DNA from: an uncultured Clostridia bacterium
GTDB lineage: Bacteria; Bacillota; Clostridia; Oscillospirales; CAG-382
Assembly (NCBI GenBank): GCA_905235695.1
Contig: CAJOMW010000001.1
Location: 959-48,188, forward strand
Length of the DNA: 47,230 nucleotides
Direction: 5' to 3'
The position numbers and the translations under genes were made by a program. Each line of letters starts with the position of its first letter. Position 1 is the first letter of the stretch. Positions 37,401 through 45,609 of the stretch are shown here, one piece after another. The notes below the pieces were generated by a model. That model was not told the DNA's origin and did no database searches. It was given only the letters and a program-made list of their open reading frames with translations.

Positions 37401-37459
37401 GTTTTACAGACAAAAATTTCAGATGCGCGGTTATAATAAAGCCGACGCACATACAATGA
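34442..37459 (+). CDS. lacZ: Beta-galactosidase, glycoside hydrolase family 2 (LacZ-like)
   Basis: The ORF track starts at GTG 34412. The ATG at 34442 follows GGAGG. The acid/base motif WSLGNESG, the nucleophile motif CEYLHAMGNGPG and the C-terminal small-chain domain are present. Confidence 0.9.
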   Translation: MNGFERYYNNLEVLSVNAEEPRAYFIPYANRVSAKKLDRNASPYFKSLCGDWNFTFFDSVNEITEEDLLPEYEFPSDTVTVPQSWQSFLGRGYDTPNYVNVSYPFPADPPHIPDNNPCGLYSRAFYLSEGFAARELYLNFEGVDSCFYVWVNGEFVGYSTVSHCTSEFYISPFTKIGRNEIKVLVVKLCAGSYLEDQDKYRFSGIFREVYILARAKSRIKDFYIRTTVSDDLKKAVINLDIQTVGRPKVQYEIFSPDGELVSEGTYKNGVKTEIDDPLLWNDEQPYLYQIFFTCGDEVIFQNIAIKKAKIEGKIFFLNGKKIKIRGVNRHDSHPILGSTTPFDHFVRDLEILKSSNVNSIRTSHYPSDPRFVELCDIYGFYIIDEADLETHGMCMVSGIGALSDDPAWEEAYVNRARKLFERDKNRGCVIMWSLGNESGGGINHVKMREYIKSRDESAIIHYEGARAPFTEKAEYEAVTDVRSEMYTSPEYCLARIKDKSINKPFYLCEYLHAMGNGPGGIKEYIDLIRSHDEFMGGNVWEYCDHSVLVPSEDGKKHYTYGGDFGDFPSDGNFCVDGLVYPDRRESNGMRAIKNAYMPAEIELIDCERGEIEVKSYKYFTSLSDTDLAWNVECNGRTVKSGRIAALAIQPGRSRKFRLFDISDFGDEGEYFLNVRLITNSDKDGVQAGSEIGARQFELFSLCIDQEMPESPFEKKTEYFEDEGFVEIDCDELSVYFDKAHGRICSIVHDGREMLAEPIRINMWRAPTDNDRNIRHEWQKTGFDKLVQITHDCGIYKATDEYITLYADLTLGAPSIKPAAKVREYITVSDDGTISFEFEVDIINEKIDEIPRFGLEIVMPEGSERVEYFGMGPYEAYSDHKYQSRVGYFKTTATDNFEHYIKPQENSSHCDTRYAFVGNRQGHGLEIMKFYDSENISFNAQHYSAKDLTNTLHDYELKERKETYVYADMRMTGIGSNSCGPRTFEKYRFTDKNFRCAVIIKPTHIQ

Positions 37460-37474
37460 TTGGAGGAAAAACAT

Positions 37475-39685
37475 ATGAAATTTCAAGAACTTTACGGCAC
37501 AGCTAAATTTATCGCTCCGTCGGATGTATCCGTCGAATCGCCGTATTTCAGGACGACTTTTGAAGTAAAGGATTTGAAGAAAGCAAAGATAACGATTTGC
37601 GGTCTCGGCTTTTTCATGCTGTTTATCAACGGCAAAAAGGTCAGCGACGATATGCTAGTCCCGGCGAACTCCCTGTTCAGGTACCGCAAAAACGCTCAGT
37701 GCAAGACGCCGAGTCACGACATTTTCTCATACAGGACGTATTCTGTCGAATATGATCTCTGCGATTATATAAAGGACGGCAGGAACACCCTCGTCGTACA
37801 GCTCGGAAGCGGATGGTACGGAAGAACGGGCGACAGGGATCAGCTCGTCGATTATTTCGGAAACGTAAAGCTCTGCTACAAGCTCGAGATAACGGATAAA
37901 GACGGCGACAGAACCATCGTCAGCGACACAAACCACAAGTGGAGGAAGAGCTTTATAGGCGACAACTGCATATATCTCGGCGAAAACCAGGATATGCGCG
38001 AGTACGACGAGAGCATATTTGATGCGGACTACGACGACTCGGGCTGGGAGAACGCTGTTGAGGCGGACATACACGAGTGTGAATACGACATTCAGCATTT
38101 CCCGACCGATAAGGTCATAAGGACTCTTAAGACCGTACCCGTAAAGGACTTCGGGGACTACACGGTCTACGACTGCGGAGAGAATATCAGCGGATATGTT
38201 GTTGTTTCCTGCGAAAAGAGCGGCGAGAGGATAGAGATAAACCACGCAGAGGAGCTGAATGAGGATAAGACGCTGTACACCGTCACCTGTGCCGGCGACA
38301 GAAAGCCCCAAAGGGATATATACATATCCGACGGCGTACACGATATGCACCCGTATTTCTGCTGGCACGGCTTCAGATATTTTTCGCTTACGAATAACGC
38401 AAAGCCCGTAGAGGTACACGTCGTACACTCGGACATGAATATAACATCGCACTTTGAGAGCGATAACGAGATGCTCAACTGGCTGTACGAGACGTATCTG
38501 CGCACACAGCTCGACAATATGCACTGCGGAGTGCCGAGCGACTGCCCGACAAGAGAGCGTCTCGGATATACGGGAGACGGTCAGCTCTGTGCAGATGCGG
38601 CTCTGCTCATGATGGACGGCAGAGAGTTTTACAAGAAGTGGATGCAGGATATAATAGACAGTCAGTGCATCATCACCGGTCACGTCAACCACACGACTCC
38701 CTACCAGGGCGGCGGAGGAGGAATCGGCGGCTGGGGAAGCGCCATAATACACATTCCGTACATCTACTACGTAATATACGGCGACGACTGCCTCATAGAG
38801 AAGCACTTTGCGAGAATGCTCAGCTTTATGAGATACCTCGATTCTCGCTGCAAGGCAGGCTTCATATACGCTCAGGAACCCGACGTCTGGAACCTCGGCG
38901 ACTGGGGCTTTTCGGTACAGCACGAATTTGTGATACCGCAGAACTACGTCAATACGTATTTCTATATACGCTGTCTCAAGGAAATGTGCGTTATGGCGCC
39001 GATAGTCGGCAGGGGCGACCTTGTGGAGGGCTATGAGGAGAAGATAGATATAAGCAAGAGAGCCATGCAGGGCGCATATTTCTCAAGTCAGGACGGCAAC
39101 TTCTTCGGAGACTACCAGGGAGCAAACTGCTTTGCGGTGGATCTCGGAATAGGCGATGAGAGAACGTACGAAAATATGTATAAGAAGTACGATGAGACGC
39201 GCGAATACGACACGGGCATCTTTGCCACCGACATAATTACCGGAATGTTCTTCGAGCACGGCGACGCACAGCTTGCCTTTGACCTTCTCACAAGCGAAAA
39301 ACCGCTGTCATTCGGCAATATGAAGAACAACGGTGCCACTACTCTTTGGGAATATATGTGGGGAGAAAAGGCAAGGACAATGTCTCACAACCACCCGATG
39401 TTCGGAGCGGCTACAAAGTATCTGTTTACCGAGCTGCTCGGAATAAAGCAGAGAGAGGGCACATACGGCTATAAGGACATAATTTTAGATCCGGCGACAG
39501 TAAACGGACTGAATGATTACAGCGGTTACATAGACGTAGGAAGCGGCAGGATAGGCGTTTCCGTAAAGCACGGCAAGACGAACACGCTCTATAAGCTTGA
39601 AGTGCCGGAGGGAGTCAAAGCGGAGTTCAGATTTGAAGGTGAGAGCTATCCGCTCAAGGCCGGAGTAAACGAATTTGATATGTAG
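37475..39685 (+). CDS. Glycoside hydrolase family 78-like (alpha-L-rhamnosidase family)
   Basis: The ORF track starts at TTG 37460. The ATG at 37475 follows GGAGG. An N-terminal rhamnosidase-like domain (ICGLGFFMLFINGKKVSDDMLVP) and the six-hairpin motif DCPTRERLGYTGDGQ are present. Confidence 0.7.
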   Translation: MKFQELYGTAKFIAPSDVSVESPYFRTTFEVKDLKKAKITICGLGFFMLFINGKKVSDDMLVPANSLFRYRKNAQCKTPSHDIFSYRTYSVEYDLCDYIKDGRNTLVVQLGSGWYGRTGDRDQLVDYFGNVKLCYKLEITDKDGDRTIVSDTNHKWRKSFIGDNCIYLGENQDMREYDESIFDADYDDSGWENAVEADIHECEYDIQHFPTDKVIRTLKTVPVKDFGDYTVYDCGENISGYVVVSCEKSGERIEINHAEELNEDKTLYTVTCAGDRKPQRDIYISDGVHDMHPYFCWHGFRYFSLTNNAKPVEVHVVHSDMNITSHFESDNEMLNWLYETYLRTQLDNMHCGVPSDCPTRERLGYTGDGQLCADAALLMMDGREFYKKWMQDIIDSQCIITGHVNHTTPYQGGGGGIGGWGSAIIHIPYIYYVIYGDDCLIEKHFARMLSFMRYLDSRCKAGFIYAQEPDVWNLGDWGFSVQHEFVIPQNYVNTYFYIRCLKEMCVMAPIVGRGDLVEGYEEKIDISKRAMQGAYFSSQDGNFFGDYQGANCFAVDLGIGDERTYENMYKKYDETREYDTGIFATDIITGMFFEHGDAQLAFDLLTSEKPLSFGNMKNNGATTLWEYMWGEKARTMSHNHPMFGAATKYLFTELLGIKQREGTYGYKDIILDPATVNGLNDYSGYIDVGSGRIGVSVKHGKTNTLYKLEVPEGVKAEFRFEGESYPLKAGVNEFDM

Positions 39686-39707
39686 AAGGTAAAGTGATAT
39701 ATAAACG

Positions 39708-39740
39708 GCGGTCGCTTATCGAGCGACCGCTCTTCTTTTG
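39708..39740. terminator. Intrinsic terminator GCGGTCGCT-(5 nt)-AGCGACCGC followed by TCTTCTTTT, between the convergent GH78 gene and spmB
   Basis: A 9-bp perfect stem is read directly. Confidence 0.75.
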
Positions 39741-39743
39741 CTA

Positions 39744-40262
39744 TCAAAAAAATGCCCTTGTGAGCGCAAGCGAAAACAAAATGCAGAAAGCGAGAATAAT
39801 AAAGGACGCAGGGAGTGCGTAGCGTGTCTTTTTGATGCCGACAGAGCTGAAATATAACGATAGGGTATAGATTATAGTATCCGAAGAGCCCATGATTATC
39901 GAGGCGCACCTTCCGGCAAAGCTGTCGGGACCTTCCGCCGAAAACAACTCGCTTATCATGGCGTTTGCGGCGCTTCCGGAGATGGGGCGCATGAAGATGA
40001 CGGGCAAAAGAGAGCCGGGAAGCCCTATTTTCTCCGTAAAATTCCCCAAAAATCCGCATATCAGCTCAAGCGCTCCGCTCGAAGAGAACATACGCGAGGC
40101 GCATATAAGCATGACGAGGCTCGGAAGTATCTTTACGGTGGTTTTCATACCGTCCTCGGCGCCTTTCAGAAACTCGGTCGGCAGATCCTTCTTCGATATC
40201 AGCATGGCTATGCCTGCTATTGCTATAATTACGGGTATTGCGTAAGAACCGATAAGCTGCAT
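39744..40262 (-). CDS. spmB: Spore maturation protein B (nucleoside-recognition domain membrane protein)
   Basis: 172 aa membrane protein. It lies immediately downstream of spmA, and its size and order match spmA-spmB. Confidence 0.75.
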   Translation of the reverse strand: MQLIGSYAIPVIIAIAGIAMLISKKDLPTEFLKGAEDGMKTTVKILPSLVMLICASRMFSSSGALELICGFLGNFTEKIGLPGSLLPVIFMRPISGSAANAMISELFSAEGPDSFAGRCASIIMGSSDTIIYTLSLYFSSVGIKKTRYALPASFIILAFCILFSLALTRAFF

Positions 40263-40265
40263 ACT

Positions 40266-40856
40266 TTAATATTTTTTGCGCCACAGCTTTGCCATTGCCC
40301 TGCACAGAAGCACCCCGAAAACCGTCGTGGCAAGGGAGCATATCCATATAGGGAGAATTATCTCAAACGGATTTGCCGAGCCGTGAGCCGTCCTGAAAGC
40401 TATGAGCGTTGTCGGCATGAGCTGGAGCGGCGTAGTGTTCAGCACGGCAAACATTATCATGTCGTCGCTCGCCGTGCCGTCGGCCGGAAGGCCTTGCTCT
40501 TTTATGGATTTCATTGCGCGAATGCCGATAGGAAGTGCGGCGTTTCCCATTCCGAGGAGATTTGCGCTGAATGAGGCGGCAATATCACTTAGACTGCTTT
40601 TGCTCTTGTAGGCGGAAGGATATACAAGCCGAATAAGCGGCGAAATTGCCTTTGACAGGTATTCCGTGACACCTGCCTTATCGAGCGTGCGTATGACGCC
40701 GCTCCACAGGCACATTACTCCCAGAAGCGATATCGAGAGATTTACCGCCTCCGCTGCGCCGCTTATGGCGCCGTTTGCCACGTTTTCTATATTTCCCGTC
40801 GCTCCGCCGCATATAAGAGAGACTATGACCATGAATGCAAAAATTTTTCCGAGCAT
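40266..40856 (-). CDS. spmA: Spore maturation protein A
   Basis: 196 aa. MLGKIFAFMVIVSLICG...GAISGAAEAVNLSISLLGVMCLWSG is typical of SpmA. Confidence 0.8.
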   Translation of the reverse strand: MLGKIFAFMVIVSLICGGATGNIENVANGAISGAAEAVNLSISLLGVMCLWSGVIRTLDKAGVTEYLSKAISPLIRLVYPSAYKSKSSLSDIAASFSANLLGMGNAALPIGIRAMKSIKEQGLPADGTASDDMIMFAVLNTTPLQLMPTTLIAFRTAHGSANPFEIILPIWICSLATTVFGVLLCRAMAKLWRKKY

Positions 40857-40882
40857 TTTTTAAATAACCTCTTCTGCAATTA

Positions 40883-40911
40883 TTGACAAAATTCACGCTT
40901 GATGGTATAAT
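40883..40911 (+). promoter_or_regulatory. Consensus sigma-A promoter TTGACA-17-TATAAT with extended -10 (TGGTATAAT) for the abrB-like gene
   Basis: Both hexamers are perfect and the spacing is 17 nt, read directly. Confidence 0.7.
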
Positions 40912-40974
40912 AATACTGGTAAAATAAGTTTACCAATTTATATAACCTATATTGAAAGGAATGTACCCAGCGCA

Positions 40975-41232
40975 ATGAAAAAGACAGGAATGACAAGGCC
41001 AATAGATCAGCTTGGCAGAATAGTTCTGCCGGTTGAGATAAGAAAATCGCTCGACATAAAGCCCGAGGACAGACTTGATATCGAAATTGATGACAACAAG
41101 ATAATCCTCAAAAAGATTCATGAAGAATGTGCTTTCTGCGGAGCAGATGAAAACCTGATAACCTATAACGGAAAGAGCGTATGCCGCTCTTGCGCCGAAT
41201 CAATAGGAAGATACGTAAAGGAATACATATAA
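40975..41232 (+). CDS. abrB: AbrB/MazE/SpoVT-family DNA-binding protein with a C-terminal CxxC...CxxC zinc-ribbon tail (clostridial AbrB type)
   Basis: 85 aa. MKKTGMTRPIDQLGRIVLPVEIRKSLDIKPEDRLDIEIDDNKIILKK is a swapped-hairpin AbrB domain. CAFCG...CRSC follows it. Confidence 0.85.
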   Translation: MKKTGMTRPIDQLGRIVLPVEIRKSLDIKPEDRLDIEIDDNKIILKKIHEECAFCGADENLITYNGKSVCRSCAESIGRYVKEYI

Positions 41233-41301
41233 TTATATTTTCTCAGCGTATAAAATATACGTTTTCTGCTTTCAGACGTAAATTCAGGCAAAAATTCAAT
41301 A

Positions 41302-41329
41302 ACAAAAAGCCCTCCCGGTGCATAGTATA
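41302..41329 (+). promoter_or_regulatory. Possible sigma-K-like sporulation promoter (AC-17-CATAGTATA) upstream of the amidase gene
   Basis: Matches AC-N17-CATAnnnTA when read directly. It is a short, degenerate motif. Confidence 0.25.
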
Positions 41330-41356
41330 CAGTACTAACACAAGGAGGGATTTTTA

Positions 41357-42175
41357 ATGCCATCTATATTTTTAAGCCCGTCGACGCAGGAATACAATCA
41401 GTATTACGACAAATCCGGAAGCGAAGAGTATTACATGAACCTCGTTGCCGACGCAATGGAGCCTTACTTAAACGCAAGCAATATCCTGTTTGAGCGCAAC
41501 GACCCCGACGCCACTCTCGCCCAGGCAATACGGGAGTCGAACGCCGGAAATTTCGACCTTCATCTCGCACTCCACTCAAACGCCGCCCCCGAATACCTCG
41601 CAGGGCAGATATCCGGTCCGGATTTCTACTACTATACGAGAAGTATGCGCGGCAAACAGGCCGCGACCGTACTCGCAGAGAACTTCATGAACATATATCC
41701 CGAGCCTGCAAACGTCACAATAATGCCGACCACCTCTCTTGCGGAGGTCACCCGCACACGTGCTCCGTCGGTTCTCGGAGAGCTTGCCTACCACGACAAT
41801 CCCGCCGATGCAGAGTGGATAAAGGACAACATACAGGCAATAGCGAGAAATCTCGTTCAGGGACTGACGCAGTATTTCGGCATACCGTTCATAGATCCGT
41901 ACAATTCCGGAAGCATGGGCGGAACGAACGGGGAAAACAGCGGTAACGGCGGAACGACAGGCGAAGCGGACTACACAAGCGGCACCGTTGTAACCGAGCG
42001 TGACAGGCTGAACATACGCCGCTATCCCAATATCGGAAGCGATATAATCACCCAGGCACCCAAAGGCGCAAGGCTTGTCGTATACGGTCAGACCGGAGAC
42101 TGGTATATAGTCGAGTACGACGGAGTTATGGGATTTGCCTTTGCGGAGTATATAGAGACCGACAGGGGAATATGA
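41357..42175 (+). CDS. N-acetylmuramoyl-L-alanine amidase (Amidase_3-like) with a C-terminal SH3b domain
   Basis: 272 aa with the RBS AGGAGGG. LHLALHSNAAP and ELAYHDNPADAEW are amidase_3-like. A Gly/Asn-rich linker leads to the SH3b-like RLNIRRYPNIGSDIITQAPKGARLVVYGQTGDWYIVEY. Confidence 0.7.
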   Translation: MPSIFLSPSTQEYNQYYDKSGSEEYYMNLVADAMEPYLNASNILFERNDPDATLAQAIRESNAGNFDLHLALHSNAAPEYLAGQISGPDFYYYTRSMRGKQAATVLAENFMNIYPEPANVTIMPTTSLAEVTRTRAPSVLGELAYHDNPADAEWIKDNIQAIARNLVQGLTQYFGIPFIDPYNSGSMGGTNGENSGNGGTTGEADYTSGTVVTERDRLNIRRYPNIGSDIITQAPKGARLVVYGQTGDWYIVEYDGVMGFAFAEYIETDRGI

Positions 42176-42198
42176 TATATATCCCCAGTATGTTAAAC

Positions 42199-42226
42199 AG
42201 GGCGGACAGGTGTAACTGTCCGCCCT
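42199..42226. terminator. Bidirectional intrinsic terminator AGGGCGGACAG-(6 nt)-CTGTCCGCCCT between the convergent amidase and GLUG-protein genes
   Basis: An 11-bp perfect stem is read directly, with AAAC and TCTGTTT flanks. Confidence 0.85.
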
Positions 42227-42282
42227 TCTGTTTATCCCAAAAATATGTTTTTCGACAGGTCAAAGCTCAATATTAGCGCTTG

Positions 42283-45200
42283 TTATTTTACGGTTATCGT
42301 ATCTTCCTTCAGCGAAAGCGTCCTTGAATCGACAAACGATATTTTGCACTCCGCAGCATTTGTCATTGAGGTGAAGGATATATCGACGCTGCGAAGCGTC
42401 GTGGGATCCGTGACGTTTATCAGCTCGAAGCGTATCATCTTTCCCCTCGTGTCATAGGCTGCCGCAAAGACCGAATACGGAGACGGATCTCTGTATGATA
42501 CCTTTATCGAAGCCGACATTTCTCCGTCTTCCATAGAGCACTTTTCTATTATGAATACGTTTCTCGGAGCGGATATTGAAGACAGGGTGGGGAGGGCATC
42601 CTCGTTTTCAACCCATATATTTTCAAAGTCGAATCCCAGCTCGTCGGACAGATATTCGCCCGAGAACAGAAGAGACGTATCTTGTACTTCGGTTATGATA
42701 TCGCCGACGACAGCGGCGCATATATCATATGAAGTTCCTGCGTTTTCCGTAGGAGAGTAGCTGAGGTTTCCCGTTATGCTTCCGACCTTTCCGCTTTCGG
42801 AGACGATACGGCAAATTGCGAAGCTACTGCGTATTTTTGCCTCTCCTGCGCTGTAACCGGTTATGCCGCCGACAAAGTTGTTTTCGTTTACGTTTGCCGT
42901 AATGCTCCCGGCAAAGTAGCAATGCTCAATAAGCGAGCCGTCGTTATCAAAATGCGTTTCGCCTGCGATGCCGCCCGTCTCAGCGGAGCTCGACGTGATT
43001 TTTACAGTCGAATATGAGTCCTTTATAAAAGCGGCGCTGCTTTCACTGTCGGACAGATGCCCGACAATGCCTCCGGTATATCCGCTTTCGGAGCTTATTT
43101 CTCCAAAAGCAAAACACTTGCTGATATCCGCCCCGAGTCCGACGCCGACAATGCCGCCGGTGTACGTCCTGTTTCCGCTGATGGTAAATTCGGACACTTC
43201 AAGGCGTGAAATCTTTGCGCCGTCTGCTGCGCCGAAAAGTCCTGCGCTTTGTAGGCTTGCGTCGCTTACCTTGAAGTTCTTTACAGCGTAACCGTCACCG
43301 TCAAATGTGCCCTTGAAGGAGTGATCTTGGTCGCCGACAGGCGTCCACTCACAGCCGCCGAGGTCTATATCCGCATCGAGCAAGTAATACTTACCGGCGT
43401 AATCTTCGTCTCCCTCGTTTACTCTGTTTGATATATAGAAGAGCTGATAGCCGTCTGATATGACGTACGGGTCTTCAGCCGTTCCGCTGCCTCTGTCAAT
43501 CGGTTTTTCGGTTACGCCGTCCCATATGTTTGCGGTTATGCGGCGGAAAACGGCATAGAATACTGCGTCTCCTGTGACGGTAAGCTCGCTTGAAGACAGC
43601 TCCTCGCCGTCCTCCTCCTTTGACCAGTGCGAAAAGCTGTATCTGAATAGAGATTCAGGCGACTTTGCCGGGATTGACGGAAATTCTATCTCGGTACCGT
43701 ATAGCTGTTTTGCCGCAGCTATCTCTTTGCTGTCGGATATGAAGCTTATATTGTAATACCTGTCTTTGCTTTCAAAGTTTGCAAAGAATGCGGTATCACT
43801 TTTTAGCATATAAGTGTCAAAGTCGACGGGAGCTTCGCCGGGAAATACCGACCAGTGCGAAAATTCAAAGTCACAGTAGTCGGTCGATGCCTTTTCCGGC
43901 GGCTCGGGAAGGGCAGGGAAAACGCCGTATTCTTCCGACGCGACAGCTTTGTAAAAGCCGTTTTCGTCAAAGAACAGCGCCGTTCTCGGAACGTATTCCA
44001 TGGGCGCCTTTATGAGGGTGGGATAAGCGTATTTTCCGCTCGGCTCTCTCCATACGCCGCCTGACAGCCCAAAGGCAGAAAGAGAGAGATCGTCGCCGCT
44101 CAGCACGTTTTCGGGAGACGGCTCTATTGTAACGCTGAAAATGTCGCTGCTCTCAAGGGAACTGCAATTTTCAAATTTAAGCGAGTTGTTGTAGTAAGCC
44201 GCGATGAATTTTGAGCCCTCGGACTTTAATGAAGACATATCGTATACGTTTGAAGACGTGTAGCACGAGGTTGCTTCGAGCATCATTCCTTTTGAGGCAA
44301 GGCCGAGACCTATAAAGCCTGCCGGGTAAGACGTGCCGCGCGTTGTGTATGAGTAGACGGAGCCCGATGAATAAGAGTTGCTTATGGCGAGAGTTTTTCC
44401 ACTTTCGCCGTTAAGGTTTCCTATAAAGCCGCCTACGTATGAGTAGAGCGACGAGGAGGCGTACACCGAGCCTGCGGCGTAACACGAGTCGACAGAGATA
44501 ACGGAATTGGCATTTGCAAGTCCGCCGTAACCGATGAATCCGCCGACAGAGCAGCTCTGATTGCCGTTAGAGTTATCCAGCTTTGCCGAGCCGAGGGCGT
44601 AGCTTTCGGTTATATTAAGCTCCGAGGCATCGCTGACGCCCGCATATCCGATAAGTCCTCCGGCATAAGCGCGCCTTGCAACGTCGCCGGCGGCAACAGT
44701 CGTCTGTACTGCGCTTGACACCACGTTTATTCTGACGTCTGCGGAACAGCCGGTTATATCCAAATTGCTGCCCTGCGACGAGTATACATATCCTGCGAGA
44801 CCGCCGGCGTATACTCTGTTCCGCAAGCTTGTCGCATCTATCGTGCCGCGCTTTACGTGGCAGTTTTCCAATACGCTGTCGTTGTAGGAAAGCGATACCG
44901 CTCTTCCGGCAAGTGCGCCGACCTGAACATATTCAGCTATGTCGTTTACCGTTATACTGAAGTCCGAAACAGTCAGATTCTTTACGGAGCCGTTGTATAT
45001 GTAACCGAAAAGACCTACGTACCTCTCCTCGTTTTGCTCGATTACAAAATTGGAGATGGTGTGTCCGTCGCCGTCAAATATGCCCTTAAAGCAGTAGTTC
45101 TGGCTGAGGCTTCCGTTTATGGTGATCGCCTTTCCTATAGGGGTTATGGATTTTCCCTCAAGGTCTATGTCGCCGGCAAGCTTGTACGAAGCGGTGGTGT

Positions 45201-45522
45201 ACTTGCTCTGACCGCTCGCCATTGCCTCGACCATCTTTTCAAGGTCATCGGCTGTCTCTATGATAAACGGGAGGTCAATAGTTCCATATCCGCTCCCAAA
45301 AAGCGCATCGGCAAACAACTGCGCTTCGGCGTCCGGGTCCTCTGAGTTGTCTTCGGCTATTTCTATCGGTTCGACGTGCTCAAAGACCGGCTCACTGCGC
45401 AGCGGTGCTTTGACTTCTTCATTTTCTGCGCTGTACTCTCCGTCGGCAAACACCGCAGATGAGCTTATCAGCATACATACAGACACGGCGAGAGAAAGCG
45501 CCGTCTTAAAATTCTTTTTCAA
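42283..45522 (-). CDS. Large secreted surface protein with two GLUG-motif beta-helix-like modules separated by Listeria-Bacteroides (InlB B-type) repeats
   Basis: 1079 aa with a signal peptide (MKKNFKTALSLAVSVCMLISSSAVFA). GGLAGY/GGLIGY/GGFIGY/GGIVGH motifs recur. There are two FxFSHWS...FxAxF repeats. No LPXTG, SLH or other anchor was recognised. Confidence 0.6.
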   Translation of the reverse strand: MKKNFKTALSLAVSVCMLISSSAVFADGEYSAENEEVKAPLRSEPVFEHVEPIEIAEDNSEDPDAEAQLFADALFGSGYGTIDLPFIIETADDLEKMVEAMASGQSKYTTASYKLAGDIDLEGKSITPIGKAITINGSLSQNYCFKGIFDGDGHTISNFVIEQNEERYVGLFGYIYNGSVKNLTVSDFSITVNDIAEYVQVGALAGRAVSLSYNDSVLENCHVKRGTIDATSLRNRVYAGGLAGYVYSSQGSNLDITGCSADVRINVVSSAVQTTVAAGDVARRAYAGGLIGYAGVSDASELNITESYALGSAKLDNSNGNQSCSVGGFIGYGGLANANSVISVDSCYAAGSVYASSSLYSYVGGFIGNLNGESGKTLAISNSYSSGSVYSYTTRGTSYPAGFIGLGLASKGMMLEATSCYTSSNVYDMSSLKSEGSKFIAAYYNNSLKFENCSSLESSDIFSVTIEPSPENVLSGDDLSLSAFGLSGGVWREPSGKYAYPTLIKAPMEYVPRTALFFDENGFYKAVASEEYGVFPALPEPPEKASTDYCDFEFSHWSVFPGEAPVDFDTYMLKSDTAFFANFESKDRYYNISFISDSKEIAAAKQLYGTEIEFPSIPAKSPESLFRYSFSHWSKEEDGEELSSSELTVTGDAVFYAVFRRITANIWDGVTEKPIDRGSGTAEDPYVISDGYQLFYISNRVNEGDEDYAGKYYLLDADIDLGGCEWTPVGDQDHSFKGTFDGDGYAVKNFKVSDASLQSAGLFGAADGAKISRLEVSEFTISGNRTYTGGIVGVGLGADISKCFAFGEISSESGYTGGIVGHLSDSESSAAFIKDSYSTVKITSSSAETGGIAGETHFDNDGSLIEHCYFAGSITANVNENNFVGGITGYSAGEAKIRSSFAICRIVSESGKVGSITGNLSYSPTENAGTSYDICAAVVGDIITEVQDTSLLFSGEYLSDELGFDFENIWVENEDALPTLSSISAPRNVFIIEKCSMEDGEMSASIKVSYRDPSPYSVFAAAYDTRGKMIRFELINVTDPTTLRSVDISFTSMTNAAECKISFVDSRTLSLKEDTITVK

Positions 45523-45609
45523 GGGGATACCTCTCTTTTCTGATTTTTTGCAATTAGATTATAAGTCCTTAGACCTTTTGCTGTCAATGATTTTTCCCAA
45601 GGAAATATT

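Noticed and set aside
37727-38923. 398-aa ORF on the minus strand
   Set aside because: It is antisense to the GH78-like gene and has no motifs. It is a shadow ORF.
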